DNA of 64,000 nucleotides from Bacteroidales bacterium (GTDB lineage Bacteria; Bacteroidota; Bacteroidia; Bacteroidales; UBA932): NCBI GenBank assembly GCA_017553405.1, contig JAFZME010000118.1, positions 18,250 to 82,249 of the forward strand, read 5' to 3'. Shown piece by piece: positions 46,789 to 58,200 of this stretch (position 1 is its first letter; each line of letters starts with the position of its first letter). The notes under the pieces were generated by a model. It saw only the letters and a program-made list of their open reading frames with translations, ran no database searches and was not told where the DNA came from. The position numbers and the translations under genes were made by a program.

Positions 46789-49440
46789 CTACTGATAGAA
46801 TTCGGGACCGAGGGCAACCAAATCCGAAGGGAGCGGAAGCGAGAGCGTCTCACCGTTCTTGCCGGTCATAGTCCACTCGGAGCCGACGAATTTGATACCG
46901 GAGTTGTTCTTGACATCAATCTGCGTAGTGCGGACGCCAAGGTGACCTTCGGATAGCAGAGTCGAGGCGAAGTTCTCCGTTATAGGAGCAAGGGCGGGCG
47001 AGATCCATTTTTCGTTGGACTTTGTCGTCGCCGCCTGAGTGTTGTCGGAAATCCTGTAGAAGCAATTCCCCAGTCTTCCCCTGACCAGTTCTCCGATAAA
47101 TCCGCCGGTCTTGGTCGGCGTAACGCCGGAGGCCCAGGTCAAATCGGCATCTTCCAGTGCAGTATAGCAGTTTTCGATGAAAGTTCGATTGTTGGTACTG
47201 CTCGCTCCGGAAAGTTCAGACGCCACATAACCGACGAAAGCGCCAAAACGGTTACAAGCCGTCTCGTTCGTATTCTTTACGGAAGCCTTCCAGCCGACGC
47301 AATGGGTGACCATTGCATATTCAGCAGTTGTATCATCAACCTTAAACCCCCTTAGTCCGCCGATGACTCCGCCGGAATTGGAACTGGTTCCGGTCGAAGC
47401 CGTAACATTTGCCTGGGAAAGACACTGATGGACGAGCACGCGCTTATCCTTGGCCGAACATTTAGCCAGGCCGACGATGCCGCCGACATAGGCGGCTCCG
47501 GATATGTTGCCCTTGCCGTGGCAAAGGACAACGGCACCGTGAGTCAGATTACCGACAATTGCAGCCAAACAGTTGAAAACACCCGTGACGGTGCCATTGG
47601 ACCAGCAAGCTTCTACGACGGCGCCGCCGCTGACAACACCTGCGATTCCTCCGGCAATACCTCTGGCGGAAGTCAGGGTGCCTGTGTTAGAGCAATTGAT
47701 AACGTGTCCATTGGTCATCATACCCACAATGCCTCCGATCTTTTCGCCGGGGTTGGAGCCGCTGGCGACTCCGGTGCCGTCGGTGCTCAGTGATGCCGCA
47801 TTGGTACAGTCGCTGATGGTACAGTCGGAGTAGGTAGTGATGGCGTTACCGCCGACGATTCCTCCGATTTGACCGTAGGTGAGGCGGTTCTGAATCGTGC
47901 TGGCCGCATCCGTATGGCAATCGCTTATGTTTATCGCACCGGAGGACTTTGCAAGATAGCCGATGACTCCTCCGAAGTTATTACCCTCCGGGTCAGAATA
48001 CGGCGCGACTGAAACATTTTTGATGGAGCAGCCCGAAACGGTTCCGCCGCTGATAATATAACCAATCACGCCGCCGATGGCGCCCTTGTTTGCCCGGATG
48101 GAACTGTCCTCGACGAGGCAGTCCGTAACTTTCGATTCGGCTTCCATCCAGCCGACGAGGATGCCGGAACGCTGCCAGCTGGTCACCGCAGCTCCCTTGA
48201 CGTGAACATTTTTCACCTCACCGGACTTTACCAGACCGAAGGCACCGACCTTGTCAGCGTCCGTCGTTGAAGCGCTTATCTTGTAGTTCGACAGAAGCTT
48301 ACTGTCTCCGTCATAGACGCCGCTGAAAACAGCCGCATCGTTGCCGATAGGTGTCAGTTCAGCCTCTTCAAAATCGATGTCGGCAGTCTGGACGTAGTGT
48401 GCGCCGGCGGAACCGAAGAAGGTGCCGTTTTCAGCGACAAAGCCAAGAGAGCCGCCGACGGTGTTGTCGGACACTGCCCCTGCAATCGCCATAAAGTCTT
48501 CCCTGGTGGAAATCTGATACGGATGCTCCTCCGAGCCGTCGCCGCCGCTGAAGAATCCGACAGGGAGAGTCAGGTGACGAAGGTCATTGCGCGCATAAGA
48601 GAGCGCAGAGGTGCGGCTGTGAATCTCATAAGGCTCATAGGAAACCTCACCGACGGTCTTCCCGAAGATGACCTTCAGGCTCATATCGCTCATAGCGGAT
48701 GAGGACGGAGGGAGGAGGAAGCAGAGCTCGACGTCGCCCGCGCTCGGATTGGCGATTGACGCCTTCACTGAACAGGTGCTGCCGCTCGTGCTGAGGACGG
48801 GTACACCGCCTTCCCAGCTGATGCTCGCGGCACCGGCAAGGGCGACATTGCTGTTGCTGAACTCAACCGCCGTGACCATATCGCTTCCCGTGAGGGTAAC
48901 GTGCAGAAGGGCGCCAAGGTTCTTGAAGGGGACGGTCAGGCCGGAGAGAGCGTCTCCGACGGTGACGGTGCCTGCCATAGGGGCCGGGCTGCTGCCATTG
49001 AATTCAGACGGAAGTGTCATTGCCGCGGTGGCGCCGTCGGGAACGAGGCTTTCGGACCAGGGATAATAGACATAGACCGTCTGCCCGGCAGAAGGTGCGA
49101 CGATATCCTCGGCGTCGACAGGATAGAACTTGCTGTCGTCCGAGTGGAATTTATACTTTCCGCTGGCGCCGCTTTCAGCGACATAGACGAGAACGAGGTC
49201 GTCGGCCGCCCAGGAAGGGATGCCGGTGCTGAAGTCGACATCTGCCTTTGTCTGCTCAAGGCTGCCGGTAAAGGAGACCAGGAACTTGTCTGCGTCGTAA
49301 GCCGACCAGTCAGTGGGGTCGTCCGGAATGGTGACTTCCGGATTCTCGGGAGCCTGAGGCTCTTCCGCGGGGATTTCCTTGCTGCAGGAAACGGCCGTCA
49401 ATGCTGCGACGGCAAAAAGGAACAATGCTAACTTTTTCAT
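46789..49440 (-). CDS. Lipoprotein: fimbrillin-like N-terminal domain + GLUG-like beta-helix repeats
   Basis: MKKLALF (alternative start 49446), lipobox AVSC; WAADDLVLVY, VYYPW, FKNLGALLHV; GGDGSEEHPYQIST, GGIVG repeats. Confidence 0.75.
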   Translation of the reverse strand: MKKLALFLFAVAALTAVSCSKEIPAEEPQAPENPEVTIPDDPTDWSAYDADKFLVSFTGSLEQTKADVDFSTGIPSWAADDLVLVYVAESGASGKYKFHSDDSKFYPVDAEDIVAPSAGQTVYVYYPWSESLVPDGATAAMTLPSEFNGSSPAPMAGTVTVGDALSGLTVPFKNLGALLHVTLTGSDMVTAVEFSNSNVALAGAASISWEGGVPVLSTSGSTCSVKASIANPSAGDVELCFLLPPSSSAMSDMSLKVIFGKTVGEVSYEPYEIHSRTSALSYARNDLRHLTLPVGFFSGGDGSEEHPYQISTREDFMAIAGAVSDNTVGGSLGFVAENGTFFGSAGAHYVQTADIDFEEAELTPIGNDAAVFSGVYDGDSKLLSNYKISASTTDADKVGAFGLVKSGEVKNVHVKGAAVTSWQRSGILVGWMEAESKVTDCLVEDSSIRANKGAIGGVIGYIISGGTVSGCSIKNVSVAPYSDPEGNNFGGVIGYLAKSSGAINISDCHTDAASTIQNRLTYGQIGGIVGGNAITTYSDCTISDCTNAASLSTDGTGVASGSNPGEKIGGIVGMMTNGHVINCSNTGTLTSARGIAGGIAGVVSGGAVVEACWSNGTVTGVFNCLAAIVGNLTHGAVVLCHGKGNISGAAYVGGIVGLAKCSAKDKRVLVHQCLSQANVTASTGTSSNSGGVIGGLRGFKVDDTTAEYAMVTHCVGWKASVKNTNETACNRFGAFVGYVASELSGASSTNNRTFIENCYTALEDADLTWASGVTPTKTGGFIGELVRGRLGNCFYRISDNTQAATTKSNEKWISPALAPITENFASTLLSEGHLGVRTTQIDVKNNSGIKFVGSEWTMTGKNGETLSLPLPSDLVALGPEFYQ

Positions 49441-49455
49441 AACCATTCCTCCATT

Positions 49456-49617
49456 TTAATTCCAGTTTTCGTCGTCGTCGCCCTGATCCTCGTAAACTTC
49501 CATATCACTTGGCTGGACAACATTAGAACCTAGCAGGAACCCTGCCGTGAGATTTAGCCACAAAAGGTGACTTTCCGGGGGACAGTACTCGGCTGTCTTG
49601 GATTGGACTTTTTTCAT
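49456..49617 (-). CDS. Small 53-aa peptide, YxxP leader + acidic tail (MKKVQSKTAEYCPPESHLLWLNLTAGFLLGSNVVQPSDMEVYEDQGDDDENWN)
   Basis: Translated by hand, absent from the track; its ATG overlaps the TGA of the upstream gene (ATGA); its stop is 9-15 nt before the next start. Confidence 0.75.
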   Translation of the reverse strand: MKKVQSKTAEYCPPESHLLWLNLTAGFLLGSNVVQPSDMEVYEDQGDDDENWN

Positions 49618-52600
49618 TGCTGGTAAGAGATATTTGATAATTTAGATTTATTCGCATCCGGGCAGAACCCGATATAATCCATAAAATTGGTGGAATTGAC
49701 GGCATTCATCTCGTGGTTGCCGTCGGCTTTGTAAAGGCCGGTCTTCCCGCTGAGGATCACGCCGGAGATGTGGTCGAACTTGTTCATATTGGCGCAGAGC
49801 AGACCGGTAAATTTAGGATAATTGCCGACAATCATACCTGTGTTGGCAACCCGGGAGCCGCCTTCGATATAGCAGGTGTCATCTCCTGTCAGCGCCACGA
49901 GAGCCGCGGCGTGCGTCTGGGAGTCTGAGGTCGTCAGGTTGCCTGTGTTGACGCAGTCGATCAGGCCGGACTGCGGTCCGAGGTAGCAGCAGACAAGTCC
50001 GATACGGCTGTTGACAATCGTATTCTCCTCCGAGGCGTTGTTGGTGCAGCCCCTCAGGACGGTGCCGTAGATTGCCGCGGCCACGATGCCGCTGCAGCGG
50101 CCGATCTTGCCGGCCATAGTCCCGTTATTGACACAGTTCTCGACATTTATCCTCGAAGCGTCCTGGACGTTGGTGGAAAAGCCGACGATGCCGCCATACG
50201 TGACGGCTGTTGCGCCGCCGCCGGTGTTGCTGCCGCAATCTATGTTGACGGTTGCGGTCACCGCGCAATTCTTTATCAGCGTGTTATAAGCCGTGTTGTC
50301 CTTGGTGCTGAAAGAGCTGAACGCGAATCCGGCGATACCGCCTATTGAGAAGCGCTTGCTGGCCGTGGAGCCGGCGGAAGTGATCGTGGCGGTGACATTG
50401 ACGTTCTCGATCGTGGAGCAGTAGGCCGTCCCGGCAAGCACGCCGGCGTCGGCCGTGCCCGTGGCCGAAAGGACGAGATTGGCCTCGACGTTGAGGTCCT
50501 TGACAGTGGCGTGGGACAGGTAGCCGAACAGACCCCAGGTCTGCTTCTCGCTGAGGCTGACCGTCGCCGTGAAATTACGGATGGTGTGATTGGCGCCGTC
50601 GAACGTGCCGCCGAACGGATGGCCGGCCGCCCCGGTGATATAGGCGTCGTTGCCGGAGGAGCTGACGTTGCCTATCGGCAGCCATTCGGTGATCCCTGTC
50701 AGGTCGATGTCCGCTCCAAGAGTGACGTTGGCTATCCTCGCCGCCTCGTCTCCACTGTTGATGCGGGTGGCCAGCGCGACAAGGTCGGATGCGGAGTTGA
50801 CGGTGATGTTGTCCGGATCCACCGGAGGGGTGTCGGGATTCTCGGCGCCTTCTCCCTCCATATCGGTCACAGTGTAGGGATTCTCGATGGCATAGCGGGC
50901 GGCCTTCAGGGCGATGGGCGCGCGGGCGTCGGTGATGGCTGTCGTCCATTCCCCGTCCACCCGGGACTCGATGCCGGTGCGGTAGGTGTTGTCGTCCAGC
51001 TTCACGTTGCCGTTGAAGGGGCCGATGATGGTCTCGAACACCGTGCAGGAGGCCCCGTAGCGGGCGATGCCGTAGTCCATATGATAGCCGTCGCGAGTCA
51101 GGCCCATCTCGTTGTTGAGGCCGGAGGTCCTGAGATTCTGCAGCATAGCGCCCGTGGATATAACCCCGTCGAAACCGCATTCCTCAACGGCCGTCCTTCC
51201 CTGCGCGGAAACGACATCCCACATCTCGTCGGTGTTCGTGAACGGGCGGGAGTTGTTCTCCGACTTGGAGATATTGTGGTAGGCCTGGGAAAGGATGTAG
51301 TAGATCTTCGGATTGCCGCCGATGTTGTGCTGGGCGGTCAAAAGCTTGTCCTTAAGCCCCTGGACGGCAGCTTTCTCCGCCGCGGTCCATTCCCAGGCGA
51401 CACGTTTGCCGGTGTGTTCCTGGAACGCTATGACGTCGTACTTGCCGCTGTAGGCCGCCTTTTCGATAGTCTTGTTGCGGTAGGTCGTCCAGCCCGTCTC
51501 TCCGGGGTTGCACACGAAGCAGTAGTAGTCGTCGACGGTGCTCCAGTTGCTGTTGTGCTCCGGAACGGTCCTGCCGCCGTAATACATATGGACCATCTGG
51601 ATGTCGTCAAGCCCGGCCGCCGCGAGGATGCCGGGAAGATGCTCCGCGGCGTCCTTCGAGAAGCTGTTGCCGATAAACAGGATACGGAAACCGGCTTCAA
51701 CGTCCAGAACGGGATCCGGGGTGGGAATTTCAGGTTCGGTGCCCGAGCCGACATAGGTGATGTTCGTCACCTTGGACTTGTAGGCGTCGGCGATGTTGCC
51801 GATGTAGTCCATATAGTTGGACTGGGTGACGTTGTTGATCTCGTGATTGCCGTCGGCCTTGTAAAGTCCTGTCTTACCGTCCAGTATGACATCTGAAATG
51901 TGGTTGAACTTGTTCATATTGGCACAGAGCAGGCCCGTGAACTTCGGAAAGTTGCCGACGATGGTGGCCGTGTTGGCCACCCTGGTACCGCCCTCTATGT
52001 AGCAGCTGTCGTCGCCGGCAAGGGCTACGAGCGCGGCGGCGTGAGTCTGCGCATCCGAGGTCGTGAGGTCACCGGTGTTGACGCAGTCGACGACGCCGGA
52101 TTCGGCCGCGAGATAGCAGCAGACCTGGGCGATACGGGCGTTGACCATCGTGTTGACCTGGCTGGCGTTGTTGGTGCAGCCACGGATAATGGTGCCATAG
52201 GTCGCCGAGGCAACGATACCGCTCGCACGGCCGGTCTTCATCGTCATTGTGCCGTTGTTGACGCAGTCTTCGACATAGGTCCTTGAAGCTCCCTTGTTGC
52301 TGGTGCAGAATCCCGCCATACCGGCATACATAGTCCCGGTGGCTCCGGCCGCCGTGTTGGACCCGCAGTCCATCTGGACGGTTGCGGTCACTTCACAATC
52401 CTTGATGTGAGTGTCGTGAGGCGTGCTGTCCTCGGTGCTGTAGTAGCTGTAGGCGAAGCCGGCGATGCCGCCGATGGTGAAGCGCTTGTTGTTGACCGTT
52501 GTCCCGCTTGAAGTGATCCGGGCGGAGACCTTCACGTTCTCTATCGTGGAGCAATACACCGTACCTGCAAGAACACCGGCGTCGGCGGTCCCCTTCGCGG

Positions 52601-53351
52601 AGATGGTGAGGTCCGCCTCGACGTTGAGGTTCTTGACGGTGGCGTCGACAAGGGCGCCGAACAGGCCGTAGGTCTGTCCCTCGCTGAGGGAGACCGTCTC
52701 CTTGAAGTTGCGGACGGTGTGGCCGCCGCCGTTGAATATTCCTGTGAAGGCGTTGCCGGTCGGCCTGCATTCATAGTTGCCGTTGCCGCTGGCCTCCACG
52801 GCGCCGATCGGCACCCAGGCTTCGTCAAGCTCTGAGAGGTCGATGTCGGTCTGCAGTTCCACTTCGCCTTCCGTATTGGTCCAGCGGACCAGGCTCGAAC
52901 CGTCGTTGACAGCAGCCACGAAGTCGAGGAATTCGTCCATATCCGGAATACCGCCGATGCTCAGGCTGGGGTCGATGACGGCCGTGTGGCCGAGCTGGTT
53001 GACCGGGATGATCAGTGAGGTCTTGCCGCCGGAGAACTCAATCTCGCCGCTGCGCGGGGCGGTGGTGGTGGATTCGTTCTTGTAGTTGCTGTCGAACGTA
53101 AGGGTGACGATGGTGCTCTTGCCGCCGCCGACACCCGAATCCGGGTCGGCCGTGATCCAGGACGGGGTGGTGACTATCCAGTAAGGGGCGTCGGTCGTGA
53201 CGACGATGGCCTCCACGCCGGGGGTGTTGGCCGCCACGTCGCTTATAGCCGACCGGTCGGCCGTGATGGTGTATAAAGACTCCTGCGTGCAGGAGCCTGC
53301 AAGCAAGGCTCCGACAAACAACGACAGGGGTAATATCTTACGCAGGTTCAT
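49614..53351 (-). CDS. Lipoprotein: BACON-like + beta-helix + DUF4886 + beta-helix
   Basis: Lipobox AGSC; N-terminus similar to 11770..13467 (TTDAPYWIVTTP); FIGNSFSKDA...RDGYHMDYG; two similar internal beta-helix copies. Confidence 0.8.
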   Translation of the reverse strand: MNLRKILPLSLFVGALLAGSCTQESLYTITADRSAISDVAANTPGVEAIVVTTDAPYWIVTTPSWITADPDSGVGGGKSTIVTLTFDSNYKNESTTTAPRSGEIEFSGGKTSLIIPVNQLGHTAVIDPSLSIGGIPDMDEFLDFVAAVNDGSSLVRWTNTEGEVELQTDIDLSELDEAWVPIGAVEASGNGNYECRPTGNAFTGIFNGGGHTVRNFKETVSLSEGQTYGLFGALVDATVKNLNVEADLTISAKGTADAGVLAGTVYCSTIENVKVSARITSSGTTVNNKRFTIGGIAGFAYSYYSTEDSTPHDTHIKDCEVTATVQMDCGSNTAAGATGTMYAGMAGFCTSNKGASRTYVEDCVNNGTMTMKTGRASGIVASATYGTIIRGCTNNASQVNTMVNARIAQVCCYLAAESGVVDCVNTGDLTTSDAQTHAAALVALAGDDSCYIEGGTRVANTATIVGNFPKFTGLLCANMNKFNHISDVILDGKTGLYKADGNHEINNVTQSNYMDYIGNIADAYKSKVTNITYVGSGTEPEIPTPDPVLDVEAGFRILFIGNSFSKDAAEHLPGILAAAGLDDIQMVHMYYGGRTVPEHNSNWSTVDDYYCFVCNPGETGWTTYRNKTIEKAAYSGKYDVIAFQEHTGKRVAWEWTAAEKAAVQGLKDKLLTAQHNIGGNPKIYYILSQAYHNISKSENNSRPFTNTDEMWDVVSAQGRTAVEECGFDGVISTGAMLQNLRTSGLNNEMGLTRDGYHMDYGIARYGASCTVFETIIGPFNGNVKLDDNTYRTGIESRVDGEWTTAITDARAPIALKAARYAIENPYTVTDMEGEGAENPDTPPVDPDNITVNSASDLVALATRINSGDEAARIANVTLGADIDLTGITEWLPIGNVSSSGNDAYITGAAGHPFGGTFDGANHTIRNFTATVSLSEKQTWGLFGYLSHATVKDLNVEANLVLSATGTADAGVLAGTAYCSTIENVNVTATITSAGSTASKRFSIGGIAGFAFSSFSTKDNTAYNTLIKNCAVTATVNIDCGSNTGGGATAVTYGGIVGFSTNVQDASRINVENCVNNGTMAGKIGRCSGIVAAAIYGTVLRGCTNNASEENTIVNSRIGLVCCYLGPQSGLIDCVNTGNLTTSDSQTHAAALVALTGDDTCYIEGGSRVANTGMIVGNYPKFTGLLCANMNKFDHISGVILSGKTGLYKADGNHEMNAVNSTNFMDYIGFCPDANKSKLSNISYQQ

Positions 53352-53366
53352 TATATGGTCGCTTTT

Positions 53367-55217
53367 TTATTCATCTTCATAAGAAAGTCCGTCGTCCCAG
53401 CCGGGATTCTGAGTAAGGGCGCCGCCGGTGAGCGAACGCTGGTCGGCAGGGATGGGCCAGAGGTAGTCCCTCCCCTCCTGCCACTCGTAATCCTCCTTGC
53501 TGTAATAGGTCAGGTAGCCGACATCACCCGAGCCGCCGGTGATGGTCCACTGGTCGCCGACTTCGATGATGTTGGTCGCCGGAGCGGTGGTCGTCGGCTT
53601 GGAGCCTCTGTAGAGGCACAGGTCGACCTTGCCGTCCCTGTCGAGGTCATACTCGCCGAGGCCGTTGACGTAGATGCCCTTGAATCCGCCCGTGGCTTTC
53701 GGCGTCAGCTTGGCTCCCTCGCCCCAGCGGAGCAGATCCCACTGGCGGAAACCCTCGCAAAAGAGCTCCACAGTGCGCTCGCGGCGGATTTCGAGGATGG
53801 CGGCTTTCTGGGCCCCGGAGGCTTTCGGATAATATCCTTCCAAAAATGAATCCGAGTTTGTAGGGACACCTCCCATCGCGGGCATTCCGACGCGGGCGCG
53901 TATGACATCTATGGTCTTGGTGATGTCGTCCGCTGTCAGCTCTCCGAGCTCGGCCTTCGCTTCCGCGTAGTTGAGAAGGACCTCCGGGTAGCGGAAGACG
54001 GGGAAATCGGTCGTGGAGGTCGTAGAAGTCTCGTGACCGGAATCGGAGATGAACTTGATGATGCGGTAGCCGTTGAAGGTGCGGTCGAAGGAGATCGGCT
54101 GGGACGGATGCGTCTTGCCGTCTTCGTTGAAATCTACCATCACGAAACCGGGGCCCTGGATGCTCTGGGCAAGCCTCGGGTCGCGGTTCTGGAACACTTC
54201 ATAGAAACTGAGAGACTCACTCTGGACAGGGCTGCCGTCCTTTTTCAGGTAATGGGCGACCATCGCGTGGCTCGCGCTGCGGTGGTTGGCCTTGTAATAA
54301 TACTGGACGCTGTGGCGCACGAGAATGTCTACGTTGTAGAGCCGGGAAAGGATGGTCTCGTCGATCTCCGCGTCTTCGAGCACGAAATATTCGCGATAGG
54401 ATGCGTCGGTGGCCTTCTTCGCAAGACGGAGGTCGTTGCCGGTGTAAAGCGTACGGGTGCCTAGCATCCTGCCGGCGGCATCGACTGCCTGGCGGAGGAA
54501 CCACTCTGAGGAGACGGTCACATCGCCGAAGGTCTGCTCGTCCACAGGCACGAATTCGCTCCCGGCGTGATATTTCCGGAAAGTCCCCTCGAAGAGAGCC
54601 GCGCGGGATTTCAGCGCAAGGACCGCGTCCTTGGAGACGTGGTAGACCGGCTTCTCCGGCCATTTGGTCGGCAGGAGTTCATAGGCACGGTCGAGATCTT
54701 CCATCACCTTGAGCATCACATAGCCGCGCGGGTCGCGGGGCTTGTTGAGGTCTTCCTTGTTGCCGGAATCGATGACGTGGTCGTACCAGGGAATGTCGCC
54801 GTACTGGCGCACCATCTTGAAGTAGAACCACGCGCGGAAGAAATAACACACGCCGTCGTATCTGTCCTTGACGGACTGATCGGTGCAGCGGTTGTTTTCC
54901 AGCATATAGTTGATGTTGCGCAGCGGCTTCCAGGTGTCGGCGCTCCAGGACTTGGACGAAGGAGTGCGCGTCCCCTTCTGGATGGCGCTCAGGGATGTCG
55001 TGGAGCCGTTGTCGTCGGCGTTGAGCTCGGCCAGGTCGTCGGCGGACGGGACAATGTCGCTATAGAATTTATTGGCCCAGCGGTCAAGCTCCGCACCCGA
55101 AGTGAAATAGGTGTCCGGAGAAAGGGAGGCCTGGGGCGTCTTGGTCAGGAAATCCTTGCAGGAAACGGCAGCAAGCGCTGCGGCTATGACGGAGAGAAGT
55201 ATTACAGTCTTTTTCAT
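53367..55217 (-). CDS. susD: SusD/RagB family lipoprotein, close paralogue of 7421..9331
   Basis: SusD motifs; long blocks identical to the locus A copy (IQKGTRTPSSKSWSADTWKPLRNINY; FEGTFRKYHAGSEFVPVDEQTFGDVT). Confidence 0.95.
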   Translation of the reverse strand: MKKTVILLSVIAAALAAVSCKDFLTKTPQASLSPDTYFTSGAELDRWANKFYSDIVPSADDLAELNADDNGSTTSLSAIQKGTRTPSSKSWSADTWKPLRNINYMLENNRCTDQSVKDRYDGVCYFFRAWFYFKMVRQYGDIPWYDHVIDSGNKEDLNKPRDPRGYVMLKVMEDLDRAYELLPTKWPEKPVYHVSKDAVLALKSRAALFEGTFRKYHAGSEFVPVDEQTFGDVTVSSEWFLRQAVDAAGRMLGTRTLYTGNDLRLAKKATDASYREYFVLEDAEIDETILSRLYNVDILVRHSVQYYYKANHRSASHAMVAHYLKKDGSPVQSESLSFYEVFQNRDPRLAQSIQGPGFVMVDFNEDGKTHPSQPISFDRTFNGYRIIKFISDSGHETSTTSTTDFPVFRYPEVLLNYAEAKAELGELTADDITKTIDVIRARVGMPAMGGVPTNSDSFLEGYYPKASGAQKAAILEIRRERTVELFCEGFRQWDLLRWGEGAKLTPKATGGFKGIYVNGLGEYDLDRDGKVDLCLYRGSKPTTTAPATNIIEVGDQWTITGGSGDVGYLTYYSKEDYEWQEGRDYLWPIPADQRSLTGGALTQNPGWDDGLSYEDE

Positions 55218-55222
55218 AATCG

Positions 55223-58200
55223 TCAGAATGTAATGTCAACGCCAAGGGAGAATGTCCTGGAATACGGATAGGTGCAGTCTTCGCTGATGGAAGTGGTGGC
55301 CACTTCCGGATCTATGTACTTGGTCGCCTTACGCAGGGGGGACAAGTAGAAGACATTCTCTCCCGAGAAGTAGATGCGGGCTTTCTCCAGCACCTTGCTC
55401 TTGACGGGAAGAGTGTATCCGACGGTGAGATTCTTCAGACGCAAGTAGCCTGCGTTCCGAATGTAGAAGTCAGAAATCACGAGGTTCGACGTGGTGGCGA
55501 TACGGCCTCGCTTACGGGGAAATATGGCCTTGCTGTTGTCGGCTCCGGGCTCATCCGACCAGCACTTCGACTCGAAGTCCGAAGGGATGAAGGAGGGACG
55601 GTGGAAGGAATACGGGCCCCAGTAGTAGATGCAGTTGCCGTTCGGCATCCAGCTTATCTTGCCGACGCCCTGGAAGAAGATGCTGACGTCGACTCCGTAC
55701 CAGCTGAAGTCGCCCTTGATGGCGTAGTTGTAGCGTGGACGGGAGTTGCCGATGACGCGGCGGTCGCCGGGGTTGTTGAGGGTGTTGTCGCCGGTGTCGA
55801 TCCTGCCGTTGCCGTCGAGGTCCTTGTACTTGATGTCGCCGGCGAGAAGGTGATTGTACGGGGCGGCCTGGGACTGGATGTTCTTGTTGACGGTGGAGAA
55901 GGACTCGATTGACGCCTCGTAGGCGGCGGCTTCCTCGTCGGTGGCGAAGACGCCGTCGGTCACGTAGCCCCAGATGTCGCCGAGGCGCTTGCCGACGTAG
56001 TTGTTGCTGAGGAGCTTCTCGTCGTTGTTGAACCTTGTGATGTGGGTGACGAAGTCGCCGAGGGTGGCCGTGATGCCGTAGTAGAGGGGCCGGCCGAGGA
56101 CCTTGACGTTGTCTTTCCAGCTTATGGCAAGTTCGTAGCCCTTGGTCCTGAGGTCGGCGGCGTTCTCCTTGGGGGCCGTCTCGCCGTAGACATACGGGAG
56201 GGCCATCGCCTCGGTGAGCATATTCTTCGTGTCGCGGATGAAGAAATCGGCGCTGAAGGTCAGGCGGTTGCGAAGGAAGCCGAGGTCGATGCCGAGGTTG
56301 GAGGTGACGACCGTCTCCCAGGTCAGGCTGCTGGAGACAGGAGCGTCCGCATAAGTATAGGGCGCCCTGCCGAGGCCGTCGAATGAGTAATCCGACAGGA
56401 GGGCGCTCTTGAGCTCCTCCCAATAGTAGTAGTTGTCGACCTGCTGGTTGCCAAGCGTGCCGTAACTGAAGCGGATTTTAGCGCTGGAGACGTACGGCTT
56501 GACCTTCTCCCAGAAGGGCTCCTCGGAAAGGCGCCAGCCGACCGAGAAGGAGGGGAAGAAGCCCCAGCGGTGGCCTTCGGGAAAACGCGAGGAGCCGTCG
56601 AAGCGGCCGGAGAGTTCTATGAGGTAGCGGCCCTTCCAGTCGTAATTGACGCGGCCGAAGAAGCCGAGAGTGCGGTAGGACGTGATGGACTGGGCGGCCT
56701 TTTCGATGTCGCCGTTGGCCATATTGATATAGGAAAGAGCGTCGCTCAAGGCGCCCTTCTGCTGGATCGTGAGGCCGCTGGAGAAATAGTCGTCGAAGTT
56801 GGCGCCGAGGGTTGCGGCCACGTGGTGATCCTTGGCGAAGGTGTGGTCATACGAGAAATAGGCGTTGACGACGTTGCCCTCCAGGTAGTAGCGGTACTCC
56901 CTCGTGAAATCGTAGATAGAGCCGTTGGAGAACAGGCCGCCCTTGAGGCCGTTGCCCTCGTACATCCGCTTGTTGTCGTTGTCGTAGCCGTTGGCGGTCG
57001 GGAGGCAGCGGAAATTGGCCCTGCGGTCGCGGCGGCGGTAGGTGTAGTCCGCGATGAACTTGAGGCCCTCGTAGAGGTTGAAGGTCAGGCGGTTGGTCCA
57101 GGTGAGGTAGGCGTTGAGGTTGGTGTTGCGGTTGCGCCCGTCGAGGAAAGCGCCCGCGCGGCCCGACATCAGCGGGGATGTGCCGTCGGCCATAAAACCG
57201 GGGATGACGGGAATCGTCCCGTTGGGGTTGTAGGGCACGTAGTTGGGGCCGGCGTTCTGGGTGAGGTTCCACATAATGCCCTGGCTCACATAGCCGGTCG
57301 ATCCGTCCATCTCCCAGAAGCCGCCCCAGTCGTATTTGGTGCGCTCGAAGCTGATGTTGGTCGAATAATCGAGCCATTTGGCAATCTTCGCGTCCACCTT
57401 GCCGCGGAGCGCCACGCCGTTGTAGACGTCCTGCGCCTCCCTCGCAAAGAGACCTTTGCGGTAGAGGTAGCGGGCGGAAGCGTAGTATTTTACCCGATTG
57501 GTGCCGCCACGGACCGTGACGTTGTGCTCGGTCTCGGGGCGGACCTTGTTGAAGACATAGTCGTACCAGTCGAAGTTGCCGAGATAGACGTAGGTGTAGC
57601 GGCCGGTCCGGTCCGGGACAACCCAGGGGCGCTCAGGGTTCTCGGTCTTGTCGTTGCGGCGGTCGTAGAGCATCTGCATCTGCTCGTCGGAGTAGGTCCA
57701 GGCGCCGTAGCCCTTGTAGGTCTTGTAGAATTCGTTGGTGAGGGTGATGTAGTCGTAGCCGCAGGTGATGAAATCGGTGCTTGTCGTGTTGACGGAAAGA
57801 CTCGCGCGGCCGTTGTAGGAGATGGTCGCACGGCCCTCGGCGCCGCTCTTGGTCGTGATGAGCACCACGCCGGCGGAGGCCTTGGCGCCGTAGATGGCGC
57901 AGGCCGAGGCGTCCTTGAGCACCGATATGCTCTCGATGTCGTTGGGGTTGACCTGGGTGAGGGAGTTCTCGATGCCGTCGACAAGGATGAGCGGCGAGCC
58001 GCTGTTGATGGACAGCTTGCCGCGGATGTTGACGTTGTAGTTGGTGCCGTCGATGGAGCCGGAGCTGGTTGTGAGCACAAGCGAAGGATCGGCGCCCTGG
58101 ATGGCCATCGCGGTGTTGGTCACAGGGCGGGCGTTGAGCTCCTTGCCGTCGATGACCGAGACGGCGCCGGTGAGGTTGACGCGCTTCTGGGTGCCGTAGC

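Noticed and set aside
46789-49440. Somewhat more A/T-ending codons in the fimbrillin-like genes (also 22753..25320 and 62405..63433) as a sign of recent horizontal transfer
   Set aside because: Visual impression only, not quantified; these genes also appear to avoid CATG; it may reflect lower expression.
1300-54470. Rarity of CTAG
   Set aside because: CTAG depletion is widespread in bacteria and several sites are present, so it is not specific here.
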